Assembly (NCBI RefSeq): GCF_009914755.1
Contig: NC_060943.1
DNA: 64,000 bases
Origin: the human T2T-CHM13v2.0 reference genome, Homo sapiens
Direction: 5' to 3' (one strand)
In this document: piece by piece, positions 1-21,953 of the stretch
Position numbering within the stretch: the first letter of the stretch is position 1
How the letters are laid out: the number at the start of each line of letters is the position of its first letter
The notes under the pieces: generated by a model
Seen by the model: only the letters and a program-made list of their open reading frames with translations
Told to the model about the DNA's origin: nothing
Databases searched by the model: none
Position numbers and translations under genes: made by a program

Positions 1-198
1 CAAATGGGGCGCAGCAAGTGTCTGTCCAGATTGTCGCCCTCGCCTTCCTCATCCCTGGGGCATCCTTGGCCAAGTGGTCGCCCTGGCAACCAGAGATGGG
101 GAGGGTCTGAGGCTGCTCCAGGTCAGGGCTGGGGCAGGGCTGGGCAGGGCTTCCCAGGGACCCGAGACTGGCAGGGAGACAAGCAGGGGCCTGGTTAC

Positions 199-2985
<2,787 letters not shown>

Positions 2986-3319
2986 CGTGCTGTCAATGGG
3001 TCCCGGCCTTCCACAACCCTGCTCAGGCTAAACCTGGGGACGCGGGGATGTAAGAACCTGTGGCAGAAAAATGAGAGCCCAGGTTAGAAGCCCCCTTCAC
3101 CAGTGCGTTGTCTGTTCCTAGGACCTGGGTGGGGCAAATTCCTACCCACTGACCAACCTGAGCATCTACGCTGAAAGCTCAGCTCCAACCTCCCTACTAG
3201 CTGTGCAGCCTTCCGTAAGTTGCTTTCCCTCTCTGGGCCTCAGTCTCTGCACTGCCTCTCGCCTATAGGCCTATCAGAAATGACCTCCACTGTCTGCTCT
3301 CCACACAGCAGCCAGAGGG

Positions 3320-4135
3320 ACAGCTGACCCCCAAAATGGCCCTAGCGATCCCCACCCAATATTCAAGGCTTTATATAGCGATCCCCACCCAATATTCAAG
3401 GCTTTATATAGTCCTCTCCCACTCTGAACAGGGCTGACCCATGTGAATGCCAAGAAGATGGAACAGAGCAAGACTTCCAAGGTTAGGGCATAAAAAGCAC
3501 AACAGTCTCATCCTTGTTCTCTCTCTAGGGGAAGCCAGTGACCATGTTGTGAGGATGCTCAAGCAGTCTTTTGTAGGGGCCCACGTGGCAAAAAACTGAG
3601 CCCTCCCACCAACAGCCATGTGAGAGAAGTGGGCTGGCAGCAGCTCGTCCAGCCCCAAGCGAACCTTCAGATGATGCAGCCCCAGAGCGTCTCCACTGAG
3701 GCCTTACCAGAGGCCAGACCCAGAGCCAGCCAGCTAAGCCAGGCCCAGAGCAACTGTGTGCGACACTGTTTACTGTTGTTGAAGGTAACCAAGTATGTTT
3801 TTTTGTTTGTTTTTGAGACAGGATCTTGTTCTGTCGCCAGGCTGGAGTACGGCAGCATGATCACGGCTCACTGTAGCCTCGAACTCCCAGTCTCAAGTGA
3901 TCCTCCTGCCTCAGACTTCCTAGTGGCTGTGTCTACAGGCACACACCAGCATGCCCAGCTAATTTTTTTTTTATTATTTGTAGAGATGGGGTCTCACTTC
4001 TATGTTGCCCAGGCTGGTCTCCAACTCCCAAGCTCAAGTGATCATCCTGCCTCAGCCTCCCAAAGCATTAGGATTACAGGCATCAGCCACTACCCCCAGC
4101 CATTATGGGGATTTTTGTTACACAGCTTAGATAAC
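3320..4135. mobile_element. MLT1-type MaLR LTR remnant with an inserted Alu (3797-4101)
   Basis: MLT1-like motifs (ggggaagccag..ccatgttgtgagg, aaccttcagatgatgcagccccag, ttgttacacagc..agataac). Confidence 0.55.
3343..3411. repeat. Perfect 33-bp tandem duplication
   Basis: TAGCGATCCCCACCCAATATTCAAGGCTTTATA x2. Confidence 0.92.
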
Positions 4136-4393
4136 AGATTCAGAAGTACTTTCAATATGTAAACTGGACCATATCACTCCCTTGCTTAAAATCCTCCTAT
4201 GCCTCCTCACTCAACTACTTGACAGTCCCAAAGGCCCTTCATGACCATCTCCCATCACCTCTTCCCTCTCTAGCTCCACTCCAGCCACACAGGCCTCCTC
4301 GCTGTTCCTCCAACACGCCAGGCCCAGTGCAGCCCTAGGGCCTTTGCATTTGCTGTGATCTCCATGAGGAACATTCTTCCCTAGATGTCCCCA

Positions 4394-5355
<962 letters not shown>

Positions 5356-5504
5356 CCCGTGCTCATCCTCTTGCTTTCCTGGGTCTCCAACATCACTTCC
5401 TCATGGAAGCCTTCCCTGATCACAATGGACAATGTTACTCTTCCATCTCTTTTCACTTATTCAGCTTTATTTTTCTCCACGGCGCCTAAGACTCCTAGAT
5501 ATCA

Positions 5505-6240
<736 letters not shown>

Positions 6241-6579
6241 AAAAGAACACAGCCAAGGGGAGAAGGGACCCCTCTCTTTCCAGATCGGCTGAGAACCTGG
6301 CGGATGCTTCATCTCAAGACAGGCTGGCTATGGCATGCTGGCAGCCCTCTCTGGTGAACAGTGGCGTCAGCAAGGCTGCCTGGGCTTGACGAGGGCAGTG
6401 TAGCCACCTAAGCACAGGTGACCATCAAAGGAGAGTGACACCTTTAAAGAGGGGTCATCAGAAACCAGAGGGCAGGCCTGTGCGAGCTGGCAGGGCACTG
6501 GGGACCATTGAGACCCAACCGTACGACATAGGAGCTTCAGGACGTGAGGTGGGCACTCTTTCATGTAAAAAATCCCAGA

Positions 6580-7180
6580 GGAAAGAGATCGCCGGGACTC
6601 GAGACCCCTTAACCCGCCCCATCCACAGTCAACGAATCCCTGAGACCGGATTCCCTAACGAGGCGCTCCCGGTGCCACCGCCCGCCAGACCCGGGCCCCA
6701 CACCGTGATCGCCGCCTCCGGGACGCCTCACCGAGCTCTGGAGACTCAGGACCCGTCGGCCCGGCCAGTAACCGCAGGCGCCTCTGCCACCACCGCTTCA
6801 CCTGCCGCGACGCCCGCAGTGCGGTCTGGGGGCCGCCATTTTCTCGCCCACGTGACCGTGCCGGACGGCACCAACGCAGCCGCGGGTGAGACCTAGTGAG
6901 AGGCTCCGTGCATGAGGGAGGCCCGGAAGGCTGAGTCGGTGCTGGTGCCACAGCTCATGCAAACGCAGGAACAGTATTCCTAGTGCGTTCTTCGGGGAAG
7001 GGGACGGGCAACGTATGCCCTTTCATGGGAAAAAATTCTCTCCAACCTCCCCACTGCGGTACAAGAAGTGAGACTGGTTTGTGCCGATTCAGCGCCCTGC
7101 CTGGGCTGGCTAGCAACGGAGCATGCGCAGTGTTTCTAGGCGTGGTCAGACTCCAGAGGTGTTGGCCAATGGGCTCAGGG
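6580..7180 (-). promoter_or_regulatory. DOHH CpG-island promoter
   Basis: High CpG density; E-box CACGTGAC 6849-6856, YY1 GCCATTTT 6835-6842, RFX-like CTAGCAAC 7110-7117, NRF1-like GCATGCGCA 7121-7129, CCAAT near 7166. Confidence 0.75.
6732..6845 (-). other. DOHH: DOHH non-coding exon 1 (5'UTR; TSS approximate)
   Basis: Donor TCG|gtgagg at 6732/6731 inside a CpG island; YY1-type AAAATGGCGG at 6842-6833. Confidence 0.75.
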
Positions 7181-7487
7181 AGCTCGAACCTTAAGTAGGT
7201 GAGGAATAAAAAAAGGAAGAAATGCAGTCGTTCATTCATTCATGTATGTAATAAATAGTACATGGCCTTGAGGACAAGAGAGCCTTCAGCCCTTACCCTC
7301 GTACGCCTCCCAGTGTTGTTATAGAGACAGAAAATAACACGATAAGTAAATGCAATACCTATTAGATGGTGAAAAAGGCTAACGAGAAAAAATTCGGTAG
7401 CCAAGGGCGGTGTATGTATAGGGTGTGCAGTTTCAGGAAGGGTGGCCAGAATCTGAGGTGGTGACATCTGAAGAAAGACCTGAAAGA

Positions 7488-11890
<4,403 letters not shown>

Positions 11891-12029
11891 TAAAAACCTG
11901 TTTTGTTCCCTGCTGTCTCACTGGGGCCTGGAGGAGCAGCACTTAGGAGCGCAATGCAGGTTTGTTGAATAAATTAATGACTCTCAGCAGTGACGTTTGT
12001 ACGTTCGGGACACGCACCTGGTGTTGGGT

Positions 12030-12950
12030 CCCATCTGCGCTCATTAGGCGCGACGTCAATGCCGCACTGAGGTGTGCCTGGCTTCGATCTACCCTAGGAA
12101 GGGTCTGCCCTGGGGCGCCCCATTCCGCGACTGTCCCCAGTGGGAACCACGCCCTCCATCTACCAGAGCCATTTCTGCAACGTCTAGCACCCCGCGGGTC
12201 CTCTTCCGGCCGCGGTTGCCCTGGGCAACGCGTGGAGCCGCGCTTCCTGTATTGATTTGAATCGCGGGAGACGTCACGTCCTCCCGAGATGCCCAACGCG
12301 CGCAGGCGCAGCCACTCGGAGTGGGCAGGGCCTGGCTGGGTGTTGGGCAGGGCCTGGCGGTGTGTGGGGTAGGCGGGGGGCGTGGCCGCGATTAGCCGCG
12401 CGCGGCGTGGGGGCGTGGTCGGGTTGCGGGGGTGCGCGCGGCCGGCCGGGCGCGCGCGGCGGAGGGAGGGAGCCGGGAGGCAGCGGAGGAGCGACCGCCG
12501 CCATATTAGGGACCGCGGAGCCCGGGATCCCGTCAGCGGCGGCCGCGGCCGGGCCTGCGGGAGCTGCGGAGGCCGGAGGCGGGCGCTGTGCGGTGCCAGG
12601 AGAGGCGGGGTCGGCGGGAGCCAGCGAGCCACGGGAGCGAGCCAGGTGAGGCGGCCGGGGTCGGGGACCCGCCCCCCGGGCCCTAGGCGGCGGAGCTTGA
12701 CTGCGACCCCCCAAAACCGGGACGGCGGGGCGGGCTGCGACCCCCACCCCAGCTCAGGCCCCTCCAGGAGCCCCCAGTCCCCTCGAATGCCGCCTCCCAG
12801 GCCGAACTAGGCCCGGGTGACCTCAGCATCCGCGTCTCCCGAGTTAACACCCAAATCCCAGCGTCCCCCCCACGTCGGGGCCTGCCGTGACCCCCACCCC
12901 GAGCCACCTGTAAGTCGTGACCTCCCCGCAGCCGCCGTCAGCGTCCACCA
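12030..12950 (+). promoter_or_regulatory. FZR1 CpG-island promoter
   Basis: Very CpG-rich; X-box GTTGCCCTGGGCAAC 12215-12229, ETS cores, CHR-like TTTGAA 12256-12261, CRE-like GACGTCA, NRF1 CGCGCAGGCGCA 12299-12310, GC boxes, YY1-like CGCCATATT. Confidence 0.85.
12480..12645 (+). other. FZR1: FZR1 non-coding exon 1 (TSS approximate)
   Basis: Strong donor CAG|gtgagg at 12645/12646 in the CpG island; no other promoter-like island before the first coding exon. Confidence 0.8.
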
Positions 12951-14366
12951 TTCTTTTTAAAATAGGCTGAGCCCTGCACCCCCAACCAGGGGACCCCACT
13001 GCGCACCCCTAGAACAGCAGACCCCGCCTCCTAACCCGGGTGATTTCTCCCTGGCCTGTCATCCCCGGGACTTCCCAGTTCAGACCCTCCCAGCTTGGGT
13101 CCTGCCCACACGAAGCCGCCCCCCATCGCTGAGCCTGTGGTGTGCGATGGCTCGCCCAGGCCGCAACCAGCCCCTCGCCCCAGTAAAATGCAGTCCCAGC
13201 CCGGGACACCCGGAAACCTGTGTCTGTGGTCACTGTTGTGTCCACCAGTCCCCGCAGGCACGGGTTGAGTGCATGGATGTCCCCGTCTCACCTCATCTCG
13301 CTGATTTCTGCTCCCCCACCCTCCCAGCGTGCCCCCTACCAGCCCCCATTCCCCCGAAATCCAGCTCTCCCACCAAAGCCTCAGACGAGCTATCCGTGCA
13401 CAAGCCCCTCCCTCCTCCGAACTGAACCTCCGTCCTGCGTCCTGCCCCGTGTCTTCTCCAAACGCAAGCCTGGCCATCTCGGATCCCCAGAATATGGAGT
13501 GTGCCCCCCATTCAGAGCCGTTTTACCCCTACTCAAACCTGTGACACCCCCTCCCCCTCTTCCACCGTCCAGACCTGTCTCCACCCCACGTCCTGAGACC
13601 CCCGATATGCAGATGTTCAGCCTAAATCTGTTTTGTCTTTTCCCCTGTTTTCTCCACCCCAAACTCATCCTCTGGTTCAGGGCGTCTCTCTGGTTCCGAT
13701 TCCCCCGCCCCGCCCCAGTCTACCGGGCGATGACCTCATGCCTCTCCGTGGTGAGGCCCCCACCCCAACCTATGTGCTTTGAAGGAGGGTGATTTACCTA
13801 AGGGAAAACCATCCACCAAGGACACACACCACCAGCATGAGGGCAGCCTGCGGGGACTTTGAAGTGAAGGCGGAGTGGTCTCTCTCGGGGTGGGGGTGGG
13901 GATAGAAGCTGACGGCATCACCTAGGTTTGGTCCCCGGAGTGGATGTGTCGGGGGCCGTCTGTCATGCGGAATTCCGCGTGGGCCTCCTCCTGTGTCAGG
14001 GGCCCGTGTGTTTTGGCGACACCCGATTGTCATTTCCTTCGGAATCCCAAGTGGAGGCAGGTGTGCTGGCCACTGGCCGCTGCCCGGCGCCTTGAGCAGC
14101 GAGCGGAGTTGGGTTGCAGAGGGTTTTGCTAAGGGAGCAGACACTTACTCAAAGGCAAGCCCGGTGCTTTACTGGGGAGGGGTATCTTGGCAAGGTGGTA
14201 CCCGCCAGTTTGCCCCTGTGACTTGCTTCCCAGGTCAAATTTCAGAACCTGTGCCCTGGCTGCAGGCAGTGGTGGGGGTAGGGGTTGGGGTGGGGCTTTG
14301 GGGTTTGGAGGAGGAGTTTCTAGAAACAGACAAGCCGGATTGGTCTTCAAGGTGGGGCTACATTGA

Positions 14367-14667
14367 TTTTCTTTTTTTTTTTTTTTTTTTTTGAGATGGA
14401 GTTTCGCTCTGGGCTGAAGTCCAGTGGCGCGATCTCGGCTCACCGCAACCTCTGCCTCCCAGGTTCAAGTGATTCTCCTGCCTCAGCCTCCTGAGTAGCT
14501 GGGATTACAGGTGTGCGCACCACGCCCGGCTATTTTTGTATTTTAAGTAGAGACAGGTTTTCACCATGTTGGCCAGGCTGGTCTCCAACTCCTGACCTCA
14601 GGCGATCTGCCCGCCTCGAGGCCTCCCAAAGTGCTGTGATTACAGGCGTGCGCCACCGCGCTCGGCC
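14367..14667 (-). mobile_element. Alu
   Basis: Full dimer; flanking TAC(A/G)TTGATTTT repeat. Confidence 0.92.
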
Positions 14668-16209
14668 TTACGTTGATTTTCAAACCACTTACTGTTTAAT
14701 GGGGTTTCTGGTAGAGGGGTTTTGTAGACTGAGAACTTCTGGGTTTGGGAGTCCCAGAATGGAATTGGTTCTGAGGACCTTTTGCTTGGTGTCATTTAGA
14801 GGGGAGAGGATGGAAAGTCTGTGTGTGTAGGGCCGCTCCCGGGGACTCCAGGCAGAGGTGAAGATCCAGGGGCTTGGTCTTCTAGGAACTCAGCGCTGTC
14901 ACTCCTTTCTCCTGGCGCAAAGCTCTCCACTGCCCAATTCTGTCCCCAGGGGACATTTGGCAGTATTTGAGCCAGGCATGCTGCTCAGTGCCCCCACTGT
15001 GCCCAGAACGGCCCAGTACAGAAAGCAGCCTGTCCCCAATGTCTGGACTGTGAGCCCCGTGAGGGCAGTGAGTGTGCCTGCCTGGTCCCCGCTCCGCCTC
15101 CGGCCTGCTCAGTGCCCTGGGCTGTGTGCTTGCCCACAGCGGGCCCCCTGTTGGCACTGCCACAGGGACCTGGGCACCTACCAGCAGGAAAGGGAGTGTT
15201 TGACCTCATCTCTCTTCTGCCCCCGACACCTCCCTGTGGTCACCAGTGACCTGCTCGTCAACTCCGCTTGTCACTGCCTTGCCCACATGTCACTGTTCTT
15301 CCCAGCCACTGGACTCAGCACAGAGCCAGAGCCCCTTCCTGGGCCACTTATGTTCTCGTCCAGGGACGTTCATGTCCCCAGTGGCCCCAGGTCCCTGTGT
15401 GCGTTGGCAGGTGACTGCCTTCCTCTGCCTCAGTGTCCTCATTCATGGATGGGATGAGGGGCACACAAGCAGCCTGCCTGGCCGCGCCTCATTCAGTCAC
15501 TCAGCCGCCACTGACCACGAATGACACACCGCCCCCACAACGGTGAACACCCCCACTCTCTCTTGGCTTCCTACTCCGTCTGGTTCTTCCTTCAGGCTTC
15601 TTCACTGGCCCTTCTTTCTTTATTTAATTTTTGCTCGTAGTAGCTTTATTTGGATACACTTCTCCTGCCGCACGATTCACTGCTTTAGAGCGTGCAGTTC
15701 CCTGGTTTTTATATGTTCACAGGCTCGGGCCGCCATCACCTCTGCCCAATTCTGGAGCATTCTCATTCCCTCAGGAAGAAACCAGCCTTGACCCCATCAG
15801 CCGCCACCACCTGTCTCCCCTGCCTCTGTGGCTGGGCCTGTCCCGGACATTTCATAGAAATGGAATCCCACATTGTGTGGCCTTTTGTGTCTGGCATCTC
15901 TCACTGAGTGTGATGTCCTCAAGGTGCGTCTAGGCTGTGGCCTGAGTCAGAGCCCTGCTCTTTGTCGTGGCTGAGTCATGTTCCGTGATGTGGAGGCACC
16001 GGGTTTTGTGCGTCTCCTTATTCAGTGGACGTTGGTGCTGTTTCCAGTGTCTGCCTGTTGTGAGTTGAGCTGCTGCGAAGAGGCAGGCGCTGGTGGTTGT
16101 GTGGCGACCGTCCTTGTTGCTCTGTGACTGAGGCGCTGGTGCCTCCACTCGCCGGCTGATCGTGTCTGATGGTGTCAACCCCATGCAACCACCGTGAGCC
16201 CAGCTCTAG

Positions 16210-16603
<394 letters not shown>

Positions 16604-16924
16604 CACACTGCTGGGTTCTGGAGAGCGGCAGGCCGTTCAGATTCCTGTGCTGTTTTGCACACATTCCCTTCTGTTGTGAATCTTCCTCTCTCCCAGATCA
16701 GATTTGGCCTGGGAACCTCTATATTCTCATCCCCACCAGCCTGCAGGCCACTGGGTCGGTGGTGGAAGGATGATGGGAGCAGAGAGAGGGTGGGCAGTGG
16801 GCATCTGTCTGCTTTCACCGGAGGGCTGAGGAGTGTGGGAGGCCAGTGCTGGTCTGTTTGCCCTGGAGAGCAACTCTTCCACTTAAGGATCCCCCTCAGG
16901 ATCCCCCTCATCCATGCATTCCCC

Positions 16925-17110
16925 ACCTGGGTGACTCCGCCCCCACAGGCACTGGGCAACACCTCGGGACATCTGTGCATTGTCACAACTGGGGGGCGCT
17001 CCTGGCATGGAGTGAGTGGAGGCCAGTGATGCTGCTCAGCGCCCCGCAGAGCCCAGGACTCCCCGCCATAGACAGCGTTCCGGCCCAAATGTCCGCAGCG
17101 CTGAGGTTGG
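16925..17110. mobile_element. MER20-like DNA transposon fragment
   Basis: ttgtcacaactgggggg..ctcctggcat..agtgagtggaggccag.gatgctgctcagc...ccaaatgtc signature. Confidence 0.6.
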
Positions 17111-18367
17111 GGCCCTCGCCATGAACTCCCCGGACTGGGTTTCTATTGCTACCGCCTCACCTCGCCTGGGACCCGTGGGTGGGAGCTGCATGACACAGAC
17201 AGAGATGCAGAGATGTGCGGGCCTCGGGAACCTGATGGCGCTCCATCCGATCCTGAGAGACCACAGGCGTGGTGCCACGCTGCCTTCCTCCTCACGTGGG
17301 GCACTGCAGCCTTTTGTGCTGCCGCAGACCCAGGTGTCTTTTAGGTCTGAAGGTGTCATCAAGTCAGACAGGGCTGTGGGTACTCGGTGGTACCAGGAGG
17401 CTGGAGATGAGCAACCTCGGGTCTTTTATCTGCAGGCACCATTTGGAAGTGTGGAGAGCAGTTCTCACGGGAGTGGGCTGGAGGTGGGAGCTGCCCCCCA
17501 CACAGGGAAGAGGGTGAGAGCTGCTGGCCGAGTAGACCCTGGGGATGCTTCTCATCCACTCTAGACTGCTATTCACTCTAGACTGCCTGCCGGCTGGGTA
17601 CAGAGGCTCACGCCTGGAATCGCAGCACTTTGGGAGGCCTCAGCAGGAGGATTGCTTGAGCCCAGGAGTTTGAAACCAGCCCGGGCAACATAGGGAGACC
17701 CTGACCCCCATCTCTATATTTTAAAAACAAGAAGAGAAAAATAGGCTGCACACCCAGTGGGGGCAGCAGCTTGGCTCTGCTTTGCGGCGCCTGGGTCAGC
17801 ACCTAGAACCCACATGGCACATGGCTGGTTGGTGGGGAGGCGTCGGCTGGCAGGTGGCGGCGTGAGTAAATGAATGAATGACGTGCACGGGGTGTATTCC
17901 CGGGGCCCAGGCACCGGCCTCCAACAGTAACTCGCCTCGCCATGGCTCACACGGGCACCCTGGAAGGCACGCTGTCCCCTGCCAAGGGTCTGGGCCCCAC
18001 CCTTTTTTACTTGGCTACTCTTGGCTGTGTCTTTGCGTTTGTAGAGGTCAGAGGCCGCCAGCTCAGCTTGTTCTTCTGCAGGTGGGGGTTGCTCCCTGCA
18101 GAGATCTCTGTGCCTCAGTGGTCTCTCCGCTAGGCCCCGGCTCTGGTTCTGGTCCAGAGTCCACCTCTCCCCTGTGTCAGTCCACCCCTGCAACCACGGC
18201 CACCTGCCCCGGGAGCCCCATTTCTCTGACGTCCTCCCTCCTCTCTGAGACTGATGGGGGCAGCATGGGAGGAGATAAGTGTCATGGTCTGTGGACAGGA
18301 GGTCACTGGGGCAGCATCCTGGCTGCCAAGGCACCGCCATGCCCAAGGACGAAGGAGCAGGGAGCAG

Positions 18368-18500
18368 TCTGGGGACCTGCGTACCCCTGTCATGAGTCCC
18401 GGGCCCAGCCAGCATCCACTGAGCACCTCTGGGGCCGTGTGTGCACCTGTCATGAGTCCTGGGCCCAGCCAGCTCTCACCAAGCATCTTCTCTGGGTCAT
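18368..18500. repeat. About 60-bp tandem duplication
   Basis: CCTGTCATGAGTCC.GGGCCCAGCCAGC at 18386 and 18446. Confidence 0.8.
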
Positions 18501-19311
18501 GCCGGGTGCCTGCTGCCTCGTAGACCTCATGCCTGATTTCACAGCTTCCTAGGCAGGCAGTGTTGTCCCTGCTTAACTGATGAAGAAACTGATGTCCCAA
18601 GAGGTGAAGCTGCCCAAAGCTTCGTGGCCAGGAAGGGTTGAAGCTGGGACTCAGCCTGGGCTGATCCCGTCGAAAGCCCACACTCTTTCTGATGGACCCT
18701 GCTAGAACCTTTTCATGGGACTTGGTTTACTTTCATGGGAGGGCACAAGGAGGGTTAGCGATAAGGGTGTCTGGGTGCTTCGCCCGCCTTGGGTCCCTGG
18801 AGCTGCAGGGCTGAGGGCCGCGTGTGCTGGGTGGGGTGGTGCTGGTGGGGGGCTCACGTGCTCTGACAAGGCCATCTATGCAGCTGGCACGGCTGCCCCC
18901 TTAATCACATCATGACACCGAGGACATCCAAATGTGACCCGAGAGAGCCATCTAGAGTCCTCCTCTGAGGAGTGGCTGGGAATGAGATTAGTGGGATGAG
19001 GTGACGCTTGTGAAGCCGTGCTTCATAAATGACACTCCTGGGCGCAGGGCAGGAGGCAAACCTCCCCAGAAACTCCCAGATCCAGTGAGAGCAGACAGCG
19101 GATAGCTGGGTGACCCCCCATTTTTTTGTGGGGGGTCTTTCTTATCTGGTGCTTCTCCCTAGCCCCGCAGAGGATGGCTGGACATCACGCCCAGGCACCC
19201 AGCGCAGTCCCTTGCCTTTCACATGAGGAGGGGGCTCTCTGGGAGGGCACCTGGGCCAGGGCCTCACAGGTGGTCTGGGGACACCTGGGACCCCTCAGGC
19301 AGGAGCACTTT

Positions 19312-19457
19312 GCAACTTTGCAGGGGTTGGGACCTGTGAGGGCTGTTAGCCAGCCCACCCCCTGGCTCTGTCACCGCCATCCAGCAACTTTGCAGGGGTC
19401 GGGACCTGTGAGGGGCTGTGTCCCGGCCCACCCCCGAGCTCTGTCACCACCATCCAG
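19312..19457. repeat. About 72-bp tandem duplication
   Basis: GCAACTTTGCAGGGGT.GGGACCTGTGAGGG...GCTCTGTCACC.CCATCCAG occurs twice. Confidence 0.85.
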
Positions 19458-20513
19458 TGATCCTTAGTCGGAGGCCTCCTGCTGGAACCACTCTGCGGAG
19501 ACTCCAGCAGGAGGCAGTGCCTTGCAGCTTCCCCGTGGGCAGGGCTGGGCCGAGTGCTGAGTCTAGGACACTTCGCCTCCTGGGGCAAGGGCCAGGGAGT
19601 GGGCACAGAGCCAGACCCAGACTGGCTGGATTCACGTCCCAGCTCTACCCTCACCAACTGCATGGGGACCTTGAGCAGAGGGTGCTGTCCCAGGCCCCAA
19701 GATGCAATGGCGCCTGCCCACCTGCTGTCCCAAGGACATTCAGTCAAGCACACTGAGTGCTTCCAGCTGTGCCAGCTGGTAGGCACGGGCAAGGTTTGCC
19801 TCTGTCCTAGCCCCATGTGTGTTCTGATGCTCTGCCCCTGGGCCAGGAGCCCGCACGGGATGTGGCGGCACCCATGAGGCTCTGGTCGGTGTTCCCTCCT
19901 CCCTTACCTGCTCCACGTCCCCTGTGGGTAGCAAGTGCCGCCTCACCTGCAGGCTGGAGTTACCCTTACCCAAGGCGGTCCTGCCCCAGTGTCCACTGGG
20001 CCAGGGTGGGGGGATGCCCTGGTGTATACCATAGGTGGCACATCCAGACCATAGTCAGCCTCAACACATGAGTCATAAAAGATCCGTCATTGGGATGTTT
20101 CAATTCCTTTTGTCCGTTAAAGAGCCTGAAAAAAATATGAAAACAGTGGGGACCAGTTTTCCCAGCCAAGCAAGGCGTTGCAGGAGTAGGAGCTTGGCTG
20201 AGCCTCCAGGAACCAGAGTGCTGTGTTCCTGAGGAAGATCCCGCACCAGGGGAGACCTTGGGGGCTTTGCATTGGTGCTGTTCCCAGGCCCTGTCTACAC
20301 GGCAGACAGCCCCTCACGCTTTGCGTCCCCACTCAGGGACACCTCAAAGTCGAGCCTGGAGACAAATCGTGCCGTGCCATTGGCCCCCACAAACAGTGCC
20401 TCATCGGCTCCCTTTCCTCCTCTCCCCACTGGTGCAGTGGGGATGGGGCTGGGGATGCCTGGCCACACTCTGCAGGTCTCGCTCATTCAAGTCACTTCCC
20501 TGGTTTTGCCCGA

Positions 20514-20722
20514 GAGCAGGGTCTCTGCCCTTGCACCCTGTGGACATTGGGGCCGGATCGTTCTCTGGGGTGCGGCCGTCCTGGGCACTACAGGGTGCTG
20601 AGCAGCGTCCCTGGCCTCCACCCACTCCACGCCAGGGGCACCCCCAGTCATGACAACCACAGATGTCCCCAGACATCACCATATATCATACCCTGGGGGC
20701 AGAATCACCCTGGTTAAGACCC
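20514..20722. mobile_element. MER20-like DNA transposon
   Basis: ggacattggggccggatcgttctctgggg...agcagcgtccctggcctccacccact...gacaaccacagatgtccccagacat signature. Confidence 0.7.
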
Positions 20723-21657
20723 CCTGGGTTATGGGATTCCATGGACCCCCAAGAGACTCTGCGTCCCATGATCCTCTGCCCTGCTGAGGTCCCAGGAGGC
20801 TGCACACATTGAAATCCATACCCTGAGTGGGAGGGAGAGAGGAGGTGAATCTCAGGAGCTGGAGTCCCCCTGGTTTGTGCTGTCTGCCCCATCGGAGGCT
20901 TATTCTGGTGTCTGGTGTGAGCAGGGGCCGACTCCATTTTTTTCCACATATTTATCCCAGGGCGTCTCCCTCTGTACGGGGGCCCTGTCACTGTTTTGTC
21001 AGGTGACTGGGTCATGCCCATTTCCCAGGGGAACAGGAAGAAGCTCGAGACTGAAGGCTTGCCCGGGGCAGTGGCAGAAGGAGGCCTCCTGGCTCTTCAT
21101 TCTGGGGCCCAGGGGGTGAAAGGTGGACCTTCCCTATGAGCTGGCCCAGGGGGTTTGCAGGACCCACAGGGCAGTGCCCTGCCAAGGGGATGGGGCAGCA
21201 GGAAGCCCGGTGGCCCAGGGCCCGGGTCCACCACCCAGACCAGGGCAACCAAGCTGCAGGTGTCGGCCACACAGGCAGAGCCACAGCAGCATCCCCACTA
21301 GGCACCCCCGGGCCAGGGACAAGAACCTCTGCAGGGCCTGGCGGAGCACGAGTCACTCACTGATTCACTGCTGATGTGCAGCGAGGGTCCGGGTTGCTGC
21401 TAAACTCCCTCGACCCGGTCTGAGCCTTTCCACACGGCCACACACGTTGTCTGTGCTCAGGAATTACTTAACAGCAGCTTAAGATCCTGATTTCTCTCTA
21501 CTCTAACCTTTTACGATGAAACCTTCCGAGCATCCAGCAAAGGAGGGAGAATGCGGTGGTGCCCGGTCTCATCCGGAGCCTGCCTGGCCCATCTCTGACC
21601 GTGGTTTGTTTTTTTGAATACCTCACAGTTCACGTGATACAGAATTCTAGAAGTACA

Positions 21658-21953
21658 GGCCGGGCGCGGTGGCTCACGCTTGTAATCCCAGCACTTTGGG
21701 AGGCCGAGGCGGGCGGATCACAAGGTCAGGAGATCGAAACCATCCTGGCTAATACTGTGAAACCCCGTCTCTACTAAAAATACAAAAAATTAGGCACTAC
21801 AGTGGCGGGCCCCTGTAGTCCCAGCTACTCGGGAGGCTGAGGCAGGAGAATGGTGTGAACCAGGAGGCGGAGCTTGCAGTGAGCAGAGATCGCACCACTG
21901 CAGTCCAGCCTGGGTGACAGAGCCAGACTCCGTCTCTAAAAAAAAAAAAAAAA
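21658..21953 (+). mobile_element. AluY-like
   Basis: Full dimer; TSD GAATTC(T/A)AGAAGTACA. Confidence 0.92.

Noticed and set aside
3033-3060. Second acceptor-like CCCCAG 24 nt inside DOHH exon 2
   Set aside because: It would change only the 5'UTR length; no evidence of use from the sequence alone.
11943-12907. Overlapping Arg/Pro/Gly/Ala-rich ORFs on both strands
   Set aside because: Stop-codon depletion in the CpG island; only the frame continuous with FZR1 is kept as a hypothesis.
13967-13978. 12-bp palindrome GCGGAATTCCGC
   Set aside because: An isolated short palindrome with no supporting context.
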